DNA of 64,000 bases from Octopus vulgaris (GCA_951406725.2 OX597816.1:17608001-17672000); one strand, 5' to 3'; shown: positions 40,956 through 55,612, counted from the first letter of the stretch. A program made the numbers and translations. The notes: generated by a model not told the origin, from the sequence alone.

Positions 40956-41151
40956 CACACACATGCATACATATACATATATACATACATACACACATAC
41001 AGGTATATATACATAGATAAATCAATATAAGCATGTGTGTGTACGTGTGTGTGCATCTATGTGTGCGCCTGCACACATACATACATACATATAAATGCGT
41101 GTGTATATATACATATAAATTCATATACACATGTATGCAGATATATATATG

Positions 41152-41200
<49 letters not shown>

Positions 41201-41238
41201 TCATGTATTTGTATATACACGTATATATATATAACATG

Positions 41239-41300
<62 letters not shown>

Positions 41301-41304
<4 letters not shown>

Positions 41305-41378
41305 AAAAGCAGCAGAAAATTCAACAAAACCTGTTACTCTAAGTAACAGGTTTTGTTGAATTTTCTGCTGCTTTTAAA
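41301..41378. repeat. Near-perfect palindrome (~36-bp arms)
   Basis: aaaagcagcagaaaattcaacaaaacctgttact-cta-agtaacaggttttgttgaattttctgctgctttt, within a (TA)n-flanked insert. Confidence 0.92.
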
Positions 41379-41457
41379 TAAAGCATATTACTCTACCACT
41401 GGTATTTGAGTACTCTTTTTTTCCCACCTTGTTTCACATTTATGTGTTTACTCCGGA

Positions 41458-41524
<67 letters not shown>

Positions 41525-41844
41525 CAGAGACAGAGAGAGAGAGACGGAGAGAGAGAAAGGAGACAGAAACAGTGATAGAGAAAGAGAGAGAGAGACTCTG
41601 ACAGAAAAAGATATAAATATGCATATATATATACATATACGTGTGCGTGCGTTCGTTTGTGTGTTTCAATGTGGGAGTGCGTGTGTTTGTCTGCTTGGGT
41701 GTGTGTGTGTGCTTGTGAGTAAACTTGAAGAAATGAGACCACACGATACTTAGAGAGTCATAACTTGTTGGAAGCTGGACCTAAAGAAAGCGATACTGAT
41801 TTCTGGCCGAGTTTAATCTTGTTGATCAGGCATACATGTACACG

Positions 41845-41883
<39 letters not shown>

Positions 41884-41935
41884 CCCCCCCCCACACACAA
41901 CTATATATAAATAATATATATAGTTATGATATACA

Positions 41936-42325
41936 CAGCAGGAGTGGTTGTGTGGTAAATAGCTTGCTAACCAACCACATGGTTCCGGGTTCAGTCCCAC
42001 TGCGTGGCATCTTGGGCAAGTGTCTTCTGCTATAGCCCCGGGCCGACCAATGCCTTGTGAGTGGATTTGGTCGACGGAAACTGAAAGAAGCCTGTCGTAT
42101 ATATGTATATATATGTATATGTATGCGTGTTTGTGTGTCTATGTTTGTCCCCCTAGCAATTTCTTGACAACCGATGCTGGTGTGTTTACGTCCCCTTCAC
42201 TTAGCGGTTCGGCAAAAGAGACCGATAGAAAAAGTACTAGGCTTACAAAGAATAAGTCCCGGGGTCGATTTGCTCGATTAAAGGCAGTGCTCCAGCGTGG
42301 CCGCAGTCAAAATGAAACAAGTTAA
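41936..42325 (+). mobile_element. SINE family B, full length
   Basis: Near-consensus copy. Confidence 0.9.
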
Positions 42326-42396
42326 TAAAAAAACATATATCAGAAAAGAAACAAACTCTAAAGAATAGAGCAGTAATCATTACAACAATAATTTTA

Positions 42397-42559
42397 TATC
42401 TTGGACATAGAGTTACCCAAGGTTACACAAGGCTAAAGACTTTCCCTACGTCTGCGACGTAGATATTTTAGACTTTGTATTTATATAGAATCTGGCGAGC
42501 TGTCCACAACGCTTTGCTTTGTGGATGCGAAATTTTGGGTAACTCTAAGTCCAAGATAA
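42397..42559. mobile_element. MITE with ~24-bp TIRs
   Basis: tatcttggacatagagttacccaa ... ttgggtaactctaagtccaagata. Confidence 0.75.
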
Positions 42560-42668
42560 AAGATCTTTGTTATAATATATAATATGTCTGTATGTATGTG
42601 GGCATGTGAGTGTGTGTATATACATAGATACATAGACACATACGTACATCAACATACGTATATATATC

Positions 42669-42865
42669 AGTCGCCATGATTGATCGCTAAATCTGCAAGA
42701 CTTTTTTGTTCTCTCTCTGTATATTTTTTCTTATTCATTTCTGCTGAAGAGCGTAGGCACGAAACGTAAACGACTTTCACACGTTCCCGAGCGTCAAACT
42801 GATACACCTGTTTGTTATTCATGCACATGTCTTCGTATTTTGTTTTGCTGTAAATTTCAACTATA
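42669..42865 (+). mobile_element. Small element with a minimal hammerhead-like core
   Basis: ctgctgaaga-gcgtaggcac-gaaacgta (42741-42768); homolog at 39733-39900. Confidence 0.55.
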
Positions 42866-43155
42866 TGTATAGTATGTATGGGTGTGTGTGTGTATATATG
42901 TGTGTGTAAGTAGTATGTATGTATGTATGTATGTATGTATGTATATGATTATAACGACATAGAGAACAAATTGTAGAGTGGATTGTTGGTATTTGACACC
43001 TATTTCTAGCATTGGCGCTGGTCATTTCCAGTAGCGCTTAACTATAATTATATCCTTATAATTTTATACATAAAAAATGAATGTTAACAATACGGTAATT
43101 TTTAAGTGCCAGGCCTCTGACATAATCATTTTATGACTATATCCTTATCTTAGAA

Positions 43156-43219
<64 letters not shown>

Positions 43220-43849
43220 CTGTGTGTATATATAGGATACAAATCCAATCGATGTCGACTCAACTAAAAAGTATTCCAGCCAATCAGAGATAAATATCAA
43301 CTGAAATACACAAACAAAAAAAATGACTACTACTACTATCATGCGTTTATGAGAAATCCCAGCCAGATCTTAATGAATCTAAGAAAACCAACTTCAGACC
43401 GTCTTAGATTCAGTATTTCCAACACACTGCTTAATTCCTGATCTGAAATTTTCGCAGTTGTAGACACAAGGAAAAGTTGTTTTTTTTTTTTAGCAAATTG
43501 AAACGCCCGACACGTGCGGAATGAGTTGTTACCTCGCAAACTTTGACCTATTTTCTGTTATTTAGTTCTATACCTGTTGTGTTTAATGAGCTTTCTGTAA
43601 TCAGGGAGGACGTGATTTCGTTTCTTTCATCCGTTTCAGTTTTTTCCACCAAACTTCTTCACGTTTTTTCCACGTTTCTTTTCTTATTTTCTTACTATCC
43701 AGCGTCCTATTTTGCTAAAACGTATAACATATTGTAAGACTGCTTAAAGATACATAGCGCATTTTATAAATATGCCTGCTCAAGTATCATAAAAGCATGA
43801 AACTATTAATTAGAAGCACTTTCGGTTGTGTATTTACTATAATATATAT

Positions 43850-44248
43850 CTCTTTTACTCTTTTACTTGTTTCAGTCATTTGACTGTGGCCATGCTGGAG
43901 CACCGCTTTTACTCGAACATATCGACCCCAGGACTTATTCTTTGTAAGCTTAGTACTTGTTCTATCGGTCTCTTTTGCCGAACCGCTAAGTTACGGCGAC
44001 GTAAACACACCAGCATCGGTTGTCAAGCGATGTTTGAAGGAGAAACACAGACACATAAACATATACACACATACATATATATAAATATATACGACGAGCT
44101 TTTTTCAGTTTCCGTCAACCAAATCAACTCACAAGGTTTGGCAGGCCCAAAGTAGAAGACACTTGCACAAGGTGCCACACAGTGGGGCTGAACCCAGAAC
44201 CATGTGGTTGGTAAGCAAGCTACGTACCACAGAGCCACTCCTGCGCCT
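43850..44248 (-). mobile_element. SINE family B, full length
   Basis: Matches 15325-15735. Confidence 0.88.
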
Positions 44249-44256
44249 ATATATAC

Positions 44257-44378
<122 letters not shown>

Positions 44379-44501
44379 GATAAATTGAGAGCTATTACAC
44401 ACACACGCAGGTACGTACGTATGTATGTATGCGTGTATGTGAGTATGAATGTGTGTGTGTGAGTATATGTATGTATATATGTATGCACATATATATGCAT
44501 G

Positions 44502-44535
<34 letters not shown>

Positions 44536-44608
44536 TGTATGTATGTATGTATATATATATATATATATATATGTACATACATACATATATACATACATAT
44601 ATACATGC

Positions 44609-44646
<38 letters not shown>

Positions 44647-44955
44647 ATGGATACCTTGATAGATAAATACATGTAAATATATATGCCTATATATACGTTC
44701 ATTCGCACAAACTCACACAGGCTTGTGTATATATAAAGAGTCGCCTTAAGACATGGCCCCGCCGTGCAGTTACTCGGGGGATTCACGCCTCCAGCTGTCC
44801 CATTCTGATGTACAAAAACAGTGGCTTGCTCTTTATAAACAAATCCTATAGGACCAAGTGCACCGATTTTACTCGAAAGCCTACAATTCAACGAAGACAG
44901 CCATGCTTATATGATAAATTGAGAGGTGTTACATACACACACACACTCACACACA

Positions 44956-45006
<51 letters not shown>

Positions 45007-45180
45007 ACAAACACACACATACACACACACAGCAACACACACATACACAGACATACATACACACACGTACGTACGTATATATGTATGTATGTATGTATGC
45101 GTGTGTGTATATGTACGTATATATGTGTGTATAAATGTATGTATATATATATGTATATAAATGCATGTATATGTATATAT

Positions 45181-45238
<58 letters not shown>

Positions 45239-45257
45239 GCACACTGCAACTTTACAG

Positions 45258-45317
<60 letters not shown>

Positions 45318-45319
45318 CA

Positions 45320-45950
45320 TGAGTGTTTGTCTTTGTGGCTGTGTTTGTCTCCACCAACGACTGTAAACAAGTATTGGTATATTTACGATCCCATAACTTA
45401 GCAGCTTAGCAAAAGAGACTGATAAAATAAGTACCAGGCTTGAATGTTAAATAATTACTGGTGACGATTCATTCGACTAAAAATTCTTCTAGTCGGTGCC
45501 CCAGCGTGGCCGCAGTCTAATAACTGTATCTAGTAAAACATAAAACATATATGGTAGTCGCAAAAGTGGATATGTGGTAAAATGCTTGCTTCACAACTAC
45601 ATGGTTCCGAGTTCAGTCCCACTGCGTGGCACCTTGGGCAAGTGTCTTCTACTATAGCCTTGGGCTGACCAAAGCCTTGCGTGTGGGTTTGGTAGGTGGA
45701 AACTGAAGGAAGGCTGTCGTATATATATATATGAATGTATATATTTGTGTGCCTGTGTTTGTCCCCCAACCAACGCTTGACAACTGATATTGGTGTGTTT
45801 ACGTCCCCGTAAGTTAGCGGTTCGGCAAAAGAGACAGATAGAAAAAATACTGGGCTCACAAAGAATAAGTCCTGGCGTCAATTTGTCCACTAAAGGCGGT
45901 GTTCCGGCATGGCCACTGTCACATGACTAAAACAAGAAAAAGAATAAAAG
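45320..45950 (+). mobile_element. SINE family B: 3' half plus a full copy (45558-45950)
   Basis: Two family B tails and one head. Confidence 0.85.
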
Positions 45951-46679
45951 AAAAGAAAACACACACACGAACACACACACACATATATAATATATATATA
46001 TATAAATATATATGCACGAACATATATACATAAATATACATGTAGACACACTCACACACATACATATACATATACATATATATATATAGACACAGCTCCA
46101 TAGATCTACGCGTCCTATCTATTATCGAAATATCAACGCATTCGTCGTATGGGTAGTCATTTCCTTATGCTGCTCTGAACGGATGAACAAAAGCGCAGAC
46201 ATAAAAAATTCCGATCGATCAACAGAAATATTTCATTTGCAGGCAGTCAATGAAATCAAATTGAAATATAATAAGAAATTAGCGCAAACACATAACAACA
46301 AGAATGTAAACCAATAAATGTAAATGTACACTAATGCAACGAAAATACGAATAAATACAAGTTAATAGGAATCCAGTAGAAAAAGATAAAAAAACATTGA
46401 GACATACACTAGGATGGCTTGAATGATAATCAGTGAAAAAACTTGGAAAATCTCAGCGGTTCAAATGTTTTTTGGTTGTATTCACTAGAGATTGACGAAG
46501 ATATATATACTTAATACACATATCCACGTATATACGTACGCACGTACATACAAAGATAAATATGTAAAAATATACTTTTATAGATACATCCATAAGTGTG
46601 TGTGTATGTGTACACAGAGACATACACATTTATTTTTTTGCGGAGAGACACGTAGCCGTTAATATGAATACAAATATCA

Positions 46680-47090
46680 AAGCTGGTGAGCTGGTAGAGT
46701 CGTTAGCACGCCGGGCAAAATACATGTCGGCATTTCACAAGGTTTTCAGTTCTAAGTTCAAAAATCTGTCGAGCACGCTGGGTTAGATGTAATAGACTTA
46801 TCCCTCATACACGAACTCGGTGCACTTGTGTCGAAATTTGAAACTAATATTATCTCTTTGTATGTCTACGGATAAATATTTCTTTTATTTTGTTACTTGT
46901 TTCTGTCATGTGAATCCGGCCATGCTGGAGCACTGCCTTAATCGAGAAAATCGTCCCCAGGATTTATTCTTTGTAAGCCTAATACCTATTCTATCGGTCT
47001 CCTCCGCCGAACTGCCAAACCACGGGGACGTAAACACACCAGCATCGGCTGTCAAGTGATGGTTGGGTGGGGAGAAAAACACAGACTCAC
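46680..47090. mobile_element. Degenerate SINE A (+) and SINE B 3' half (-)
   Basis: gagctggtagagtcgttagcacgccggg; ggccatgctggagcactgcc..ggggacgtaaacacaccagcatcgg. Confidence 0.7.
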
Positions 47091-47909
47091 ATATATATAT
47101 ACAGAGGGTTATTACTCCCAGGGGCGCAAGTGTTTGTATATTCGTGAATGAGTCACTTACCGAAATAAGAGAATCTATTCTTTAGGAAAATGCCATTTAA
47201 TTGTTTAACGGTTGTACTGGATGAATTGCGAAAATAAACTTTAACAGTTCAAAAACTAAGAAGTAAGCATACTCAATTTCATTTTTACCAAATAATTTAG
47301 GAACAAGAATGGATTATTTCTCTTGGCTATATATATACGGATCCCTTCCAGGGGACCTATTATCGAGTTTTTCAACAAGCTGTGTATGCCATCAGGTTTC
47401 CAGACATGAGTTATACACACGTGTCAAGTGTCATCACAATCGATAAACGATGTAGGAGGAGTTAACTAACAACTCCACAAACACAACCACAGACAGAATT
47501 TCCCACATATGCAGTAGCTATGCATATACATAGAGAGAGATTGCTAAACCTCGCTAAGATAAATATTTCAATTAACCTGAAGATTGACTTTAACCATAAC
47601 TCGAATTATTACGAATTGTACAGCCATGAAACGATCGTAGTGTTTTACTCTTTATCTTTTATTAAACTTTTAATACTTTTGATATATATTTAAAATAATA
47701 TAAATTAATTAATTTTATGTATTGGCTTGTGTTTTTCATTGTTTGATTTGCCTAATAGTGGTTTTATCTCTAACTTAATATAATATAATATAATATATTT
47801 TACTATAAAATTGGATTTAATCCTAAATCTGATTTTTCCCAGTAAGTTTGGATTTATTCCCTAATATTATTATTAATATTATTATTATTATTATAAATAT
47901 ATATATTTT

Positions 47910-48131
47910 ACAGAAATTCGGATAGCTTTATATTTACAGTTATTTATTAGTATGTTACATATTTTTTATAAATCATAAATCATATAATAGCGCTTTCGCC
48001 CACTCTGGTGGAGTTGTCAAATTTGTCAACTCCACTAGAGTGGATGAAAGCGCTAATATATGATATATGATTTATAAAAACATGTAACATACTAATAAAA
48101 ATCTGTAAATATAAAACCATCCGAATTTCTG
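47910..48131. repeat. Essentially loopless palindrome, ~110-bp arms
   Basis: cagaaattcggat..tagcgctttcgcccactctggtggagttg.caa|..ttg.caactccactagagtggatgaaagcgcta..atccgaatttctg. Confidence 0.92.
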
Positions 48132-48313
48132 AGTACCTCATTTCTTCTAATATAAAATACCTGTACATCATCTCCAAACCGTCTAACACAAACACACACA
48201 CATACACACACACACACATACACACACACACACATATATATACATATATATACACATATATATACATATATATATATATACATATATGTGCATATATATG
48301 CATGTATGTATGC

Positions 48314-48352
<39 letters not shown>

Positions 48353-48357
48353 ACATA

Positions 48358-48409
<52 letters not shown>

Positions 48410-49244
48410 ACATATATACATAAATGCATATATATGTAGTTATAAGTAATTTCTCTACTTAGAAATAACTCAAAAGTGATGAATCGTATTGCTAACACAA
48501 GAAACAGGACACCGTTGACTTATATACATTTAAATTCAATAGTATGACAAAATAGTAAACATATCGTAATTAACAGGGATTGTCAATTATTCAAAATAGT
48601 TTTAATGATTAATTAAAATAGTTTTAATGATATGCACCTACCAGTTGCCAACAATAAGCTTAATGTGGTTAATATGTAAATTGGTTTATCCAATAGTTTT
48701 ACACCGTTAAAAGCAGAGATTATTTATGTAATGTGTTCGTGGATAGTCGATGGGTTGGATGTGATGCTGAAGAAGGATCAATAACTCCTAAAATGTCCAT
48801 ATACACTCATCACCTATTTTTCTGTCTTCGATCACATTATTTACTTAATCATTTCTGAATACAAAACGAGGTAATTTTCAAAGCTGGCTCTAAATCTCTA
48901 TAGAAAATCTGTAGAGATACTCGAAAGTAATAGACATGTATCTATAGGCAACCACCTATCCCGTTTATTTAAAGATAACTGCCTGTATTAGGACGGATGG
49001 TTAGTGAGTGTATTAAATTACAAATTGTATTACTGAAGCCGCCAATGCATTTCTATATAGTTCTGAATCTTTATAACGATGACATTACCGTAAAAGTACT
49101 TGCTTTATCCTTAGCGCTTGTGTAACACTTCCTAAAGTGTTGACGTTTAACAATGATTATCAGATAACAACTCTTCAGGCAGATTACATGTTACATAAAT
49201 CTGCTTCATAATTGTTATTATTATTATCACTATTACCCTTATCC

Positions 49245-49825
49245 TCTTCTTTCAATTTTGTTTCTATTTCTTACCGAGTGTCTTCCCAACGCCTAGAGCA
49301 AAGAAACTCACTGTATACATTGGTAGGTCATTAAAATAAAGACACCACACAATTCATTTACAAAAGAAATATGAATCCCCCCCCTAAAATAAGGGAGGAA
49401 GGAAAGAAAACTCACAGCGACAATTCCCTTATTATTTTGGTTTGGCTCAGGTTCAGTCTAATTCCGGGAAGGATTTATGTGGGTAGCAGGTTACTACCTG
49501 TAACCTTAGGTATCCACAAGTCTTTCAAGTGCTTAGAATCCTCCTGATAATCCTTGCTGTCCCTAAGAGAGAAACTTTCCGTGGGAGCTCTACCGGGCAT
49601 TCAATTCCAATTACCTCCAGCCATTTGTCTATATCTTGGCTTACCGTTCCCAACGCACCAATTGTTATACGCACGACTTTTACAGTTCTCATGCTCCACA
49701 TTCTTCCTATTTCAAATTTTAAAGGATTGTATTTTCTTCTTGCTCTATCTTTACGATCAAGGAATTAAACGGGCATGACGGGTCGATAAGTAAACTACTT
49801 CGCTTTTCCTTATCTACAGTTGTGT
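49245..49825 (-). mobile_element. R4/Dong-like RLE LINE 3' fragment (family 3) between (TTA)n arrays
   Basis: Minus strand LLIDPSCPF..KYNPLKFEIGRMW..IGALGTV..LLGTARIIRRILST*. Confidence 0.85.
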
Positions 49826-49828
49826 TAC

Positions 49829-49892
<64 letters not shown>

Positions 49893-49894
49893 TT

Positions 49895-50240
49895 ATATTT
49901 TTATTCTTTTTCTTGTTCCAGTCATTTGACTGCGGCCATGCTGTAGCGCCTTCTTTAGTCGAACAAATCGTCCCCAGGACTTATTCTTTCTAAGCTTAGA
50001 ATTTATTGTATCGGTCACCGAACCTCTATGTTACGGGGACGTAAACACACCAACATCGGTTGTCAACTGATGGTGGGGGGAGAAACACAGACAAACTAAT
50101 ATATATATATATATATAAGACGGGCTACTTTCAGATAAAATCTACAAAATCCATCTACCAATTGGCTCGAGGCTAAAGGTGCCACACAGTGGGACTGAAC
50201 CAGGAACCATGTTGTTGGGAAGCAAGCTTCTTGCGCCTAC
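49895..50240 (-). mobile_element. SINE family B with internal deletions
   Basis: Family B head and tail motifs. Confidence 0.8.
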
Positions 50241-50248
50241 CATACAAC

Positions 50249-50290
<42 letters not shown>

Positions 50291-50352
50291 TAAAGATATC
50301 GTTATCATCATCATCATCATCATTATCATCATTATTATTATTATTATTATTA

Positions 50353-50426
<74 letters not shown>

Positions 50427-50803
50427 GGAGGCGCAATGGCCCAGTGGTTAGGGCAGCGAACTCGCGGTCATAGGATCGCGGTTTCGATTCCTAGACCGGG
50501 CATTGTGAGTGTTTATTGAGCGAAAACACCTAAAGCTCCACGAGGCTCCGGCAGTGGGTGGTGATCCCTGCTGTACTCTTTCACCACAACTTTCTCTCAC
50601 TCTTACTTCCTGTTTCTGTTGTACCTGTATTTCAAAGGGCCGGCCTTGTCACTCTCTGTGTCACGCTGAATATCCCCGAGAACTACGTTAAGCGTACACG
50701 TGTCTGTGGAGTGCTCAGCCACTTACACGTTAATTTCACGAGCAGGCTGTTCCGTTGATTCGGATCAACCGGAACCCTCGTCGTCGTAACCGACGGAGTG
50801 CTA
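50427..50803 (+). mobile_element. SINE family C, full length, inside (TTA)n
   Basis: A and B boxes; near-identical to 16088-16453. Confidence 0.9.
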
Positions 50804-51037
50804 CCTCTCTATTATTATTATTATTAGTAGTAGTAGCATGATCTTGTTTAATATTTTTTAAAATAACTATTTGAAGTATTTACTTGGTACATTATTTAAT
50901 TTTATGTTTTAAAGTTTTAGATCTCTTGAACTAATTTTTCACTATCAAACATCACAACCGAACGAAACCCTCTCTGAACTTTTAAAATGTCACATTAAAA
51001 CACTATCAAACGTTTAATCATATTGACTGAGCGTTTA

Positions 51038-51132
<95 letters not shown>

Positions 51133-51747
51133 TTTATTTCTGGCGTCTTTGAAATCGTAAATAACAAGGCAGATGTACACGTCTTTTATTTTATTTAACA
51201 CATTACTTTAAACTTGAAACTAAGAAATCACATCCATTATTAAAAGTACTACAGAGAACTGTGATACAATGGAATGACATAAGTATCGTAATTTCTAGCA
51301 GCTAATCGAGCAATCAATATACTATAACATAAATCACTTCTGTGCATACACCACTAAAAATTTAGTGCAATGTTCTATGATCTCTATGGAGAGTAAAAGA
51401 AACGGTTTTTAATCATCTGCTTGATGTTCGATCAGAACAAAGAGATTAGTAGATAAGTATATTTTTTCCAGAAAAAAAATTATGTAATCTCACTTTTATC
51501 TTTTGATATATCAAAGTTATAAATTACATATTAACATACAAAAGCGATACAGCTATTGCACTGCAAAATGTTAGTGCTGACTACATTTGTCAAAATTATA
51601 CACATCACTTTTTGACGACACGATGTATATTTTATTCAAGAATTTCTATATTGTCCACTTTCCCAAATCTGGAATATTAATGTTCTTGTTTAATACATAT
51701 TTCTTGCTTAAGCGGCGCTGCTATCTCTCTCTGCCAATTTCCTTGAG

Positions 51748-51832
<85 letters not shown>

Positions 51833-51978
51833 GTCACTTTCTTTGAGTGTATCTCTCTCTCCCTATATATATGTATATATATATATATATATTTGCATAT
51901 ATATATATATATTTATGTATATATTTTTGTATATATGTATATATATATGTATATATCTGTCTATCTCTCTCTCTATCC

Positions 51979-52085
<107 letters not shown>

Positions 52086-53504
52086 CACACACATATATAC
52101 ACATATACACACATTCTTTATTCTTTTATTCGTTACAGCCATGTAGTTGCGGATATATATAATTACACACACACATACACACACACACGCACATGTACAC
52201 ACACACACACTCACACACACACACATACAACACATACGCACACACACACATACACAAACATATGTAATTATATATATATATACACATAAATGTGTGTGTT
52301 TGTGTGTATGTGTATGTAATTACATATATTTATACATATATATACATAAAAAATATATATGTGTATGTATATATGTGTATATATGATTATTTTATTTGTG
52401 AAGCAGCGAAGCAGCAGCTGAGAGGAACTTAACGGCTTCAATATAATGAAAAAAAATAACCTGATGCAATATTGTGGTAGGTATGGATGTTTGAAAAGCA
52501 TCATTGTCAAGAAAGAAGTGTTCTGTAGGGTTTTAGTCTGACAAACTTATCAACTATTTTATCGTATCCATACCACAGAGAAACCATAGCGAGGGGGTAA
52601 AAAAGCAACAGCGACAATAACAAAAAGAAAAAAATAAATGTTATAAGATTTATTGAGTAGTGTGAACAGTGCTCGAATTATTATTTGTTGTAGCCTTTTG
52701 AGATATTACAAGGTTTGAGATATTCAAGGTTTCAAATCCAATAATTGTAAAGCCACAAATGTAAAGAGTAGGAATATTTCTGGTAGGTTTAACACGTGTA
52801 GCATAGTATGGTAATATTAAACATTCCCTCAAGAATATTTTAGCAGGACGAGATTTTATATGGAGTTAATGATAGATATGTTCAATAATAGTTTATAATG
52901 GAACTAAAATCTTTCGTACAAAAATAGATAAATAATTTACAATAAACAAATAAACAAAAAATATTTTGACTAAATCATATCCAGTAATTTCCGGTTCATT
53001 TTTTATAAATAATATAGCGGAGAGCCTCTGGATTAAAATTATCGTACCTCGTAGAATACTTCCTTTATGTAAAAGCGTAATCCTCTGCTATCAACAATGA
53101 TTACATCCTTCTCGTTTTCTATTCCACCTCCATGCTTCCATTAAACCTATACTGATATGATAAAGGCCCCCCATTCAATATTCAGCCAGAAAATTAAATT
53201 GGATTGCTTCCAGCATAATTTTCTCTCCCCACTTCCACTACCGCTTCTCTCGTATGAGAACATCCTGATGAGTTCAGAATATGTGGTAATGAAAGAGCTA
53301 TTTACCTTTTTGTGATTGCATTCACTTTCAAGTCAGTACGTGTAACTAACTGCTATCTATTTGAGTCCTAATGTATCATAACGTTAAAAATTATGCTCAA
53401 GAAATATTTTGTTGAATGGGGGAACAACGCAGTTATGCAACACAAGCAAAAATGCTATCGATTTATTTTTATCATTTCCAGCCCACGTGATAAATACTCT
53501 CGTT

Positions 53505-53715
53505 CACTCTTTCTCTTGTTTCAGTCATTTGACTACGGCCATGCTGGGGCACAGCCTTTAGTTGAGCAAATCAACCCCAGGACTTATTCTTTTTAAGCCT
53601 AGTACTTATTCCATCGGTTTCTTTTTGCCGCACCGCTAGGTTACTGAGACGTAAACACACCACCATCGGTTGTCAAGCGATGTTGGGGGGGACAAACACA
53701 GACACATAAACATAT

Positions 53716-53770
<55 letters not shown>

Positions 53771-53928
53771 TATGATGAGCTTATTTCAGTTTCCGTCTAC
53801 CAAATCCACTCACAAGGCTTTAGTCGGCCCGAGGCTCTAGTAGAAGACACTTGCCCAAGGTGCCACGCAGAGAGGATGAACCCAGGACCATGTGGTTGGT
53901 AAGCAAGCTACTTACAACACAGCCACTA
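53505..53928 (-). mobile_element. SINE family B, full length
   Basis: Near-consensus copy. Confidence 0.88.
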
Positions 53929-53949
53929 CTATGATGATGATGATGATGA

Positions 53950-53998
<49 letters not shown>

Positions 53999-54048
53999 GA
54001 TGATGATGAAAATAACGAGAAAGATAACAAGAATAACAAAACAACAGC

Positions 54049-54084
<36 letters not shown>

Positions 54085-54089
54085 AATAA

Positions 54090-54542
54090 TGTTTTCATTT
54101 ATTTTCCACAAGGGCCGAAGACTGGATGGGACAATACAATGACAGAAGTTCTGGGGTTTACATATAATGAAATGATAAAAAATAGAAAGAAGGTAGCTAT
54201 AGACGGTATACATTGGCAAGGAAGTGACGTATGCATGGCATACAAAGATTTAAAGGCAGAAGGGCAGGGAAGATTATAGAGATGTGGCCCTCCTGATACA
54301 GGAAGGCCTCTAGGGATAATCGAGGATTCCCACTGTCCGAGATTTCCATGAAACCCAAAGAACAAGTGCTTTCTCCAATTCCTTCTCTCTAACTGACAGG
54401 TCTACACTTAAAAAGGTACCATCCGCTCTTGCCATTTTTAGCAGCTTTCATCCATCTTTCAATAAACTCATTCGAGGAGGACAGCACTTTCCTCTCCACA
54501 TTCAATCTCCTTTTCAAGTGAAACTCGAAGAATTCAGTGAGA
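54090..54542 (-). mobile_element. 3' end of a second Tx1/L1-clade family
   Basis: LTEFFEFHLKRRLNVERKVL..FIERWMKAAKMAR aligns with LINFFKYHLKRKVRVERQVF..FKKRWVNVARMAR of 11826-11973; terminus gtcccatcc..gcccttgtggaaaataaatgaaaac. Confidence 0.8.
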
Positions 54543-54699
54543 ATTCTTCTCCTTCTTCTTTATTTCCTCCTCCTCCTTTTCCTCCCCTCCTCCTTTTCCC
54601 CTCCTCCTCCAAAACTGATTAAATATTTTTCCTTTTCCCTTTTCGTTCGTTTTATTCCCCTCTTTCTTTCTGTCTTTTTCTTTCTGTCATTTATAAAAT

Positions 54700-54812
54700 T
54701 GAAACCCTAACCCTAACCCTAGCTCTAGCTCTAACCCTAAAGGGTAACATCAGGTCAAAATTAAGTAACCTCGATACACTAAAATCTAATGGCAGAATGT
54801 CGCCATTACTTT
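54700..54812 (+). repeat. Telomere-like hexamers followed by a small hairpin
   Basis: aaccctaaccctaaccctagctctagctctaaccctaa; hairpin taatggc-agaatgtc-gccatta. Confidence 0.6.
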
Positions 54813-54814
54813 CT

Positions 54815-55097
54815 GTCGGAGCTGCGTGGAGCTTAGGTGTTTTCGCTCATAAACACACACATCGCCCGGTCTGAGATTCGAACCCACGATCCCTCGACCG
54901 CGAGTCTGCTGCTCTAACCACTAGGCCATCTGCCTCCACTAAGAGTAAGCGAGTGCAGCAGGGTTCGCACCCCGCCTGCTGGAGCCTCGTGGAGCTTTAT
55001 GTATTTTCGCTCAATAAATACTCACAATTGGGAATCGAAACCGCGATCCTACGACTGCAAGTCCGCTGCCCGAACCACCGGACCATTGCTCCTCCAC
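54815..55097 (-). mobile_element. Two SINE family C-type 5' fragments
   Basis: tRNA-like heads with ggttcgaatctc and gtttcgattccc B boxes. Confidence 0.75.
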
Positions 55098-55342
55098 GCT
55101 TAACAATTATGTGTCTTATATTTACAAAAATGAAACATAATAATAATGATGCTATCAGTATCAGGGCAGCGTGCTTGCAGAATCACTAGCATGCTGGACA
55201 AATGCTTTGTTCCATTTCTCCAGGTCATTTACGTTCTGAGTTCAAATACGGCTGAAGATGACTTTGCCTTATAGCTTTTCAAGATCGAAGTAATTGATTT
55301 TCCCCTCTACCCCAAGATTTCAGGCCTTGTACCTATAGCAGA

Positions 55343-55612
<270 letters not shown>

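Noticed and set aside
53262-53305. ctgatgag..gaaagagcta hammerhead candidate
   Set aside because: Core words are present but stems I and II pair poorly
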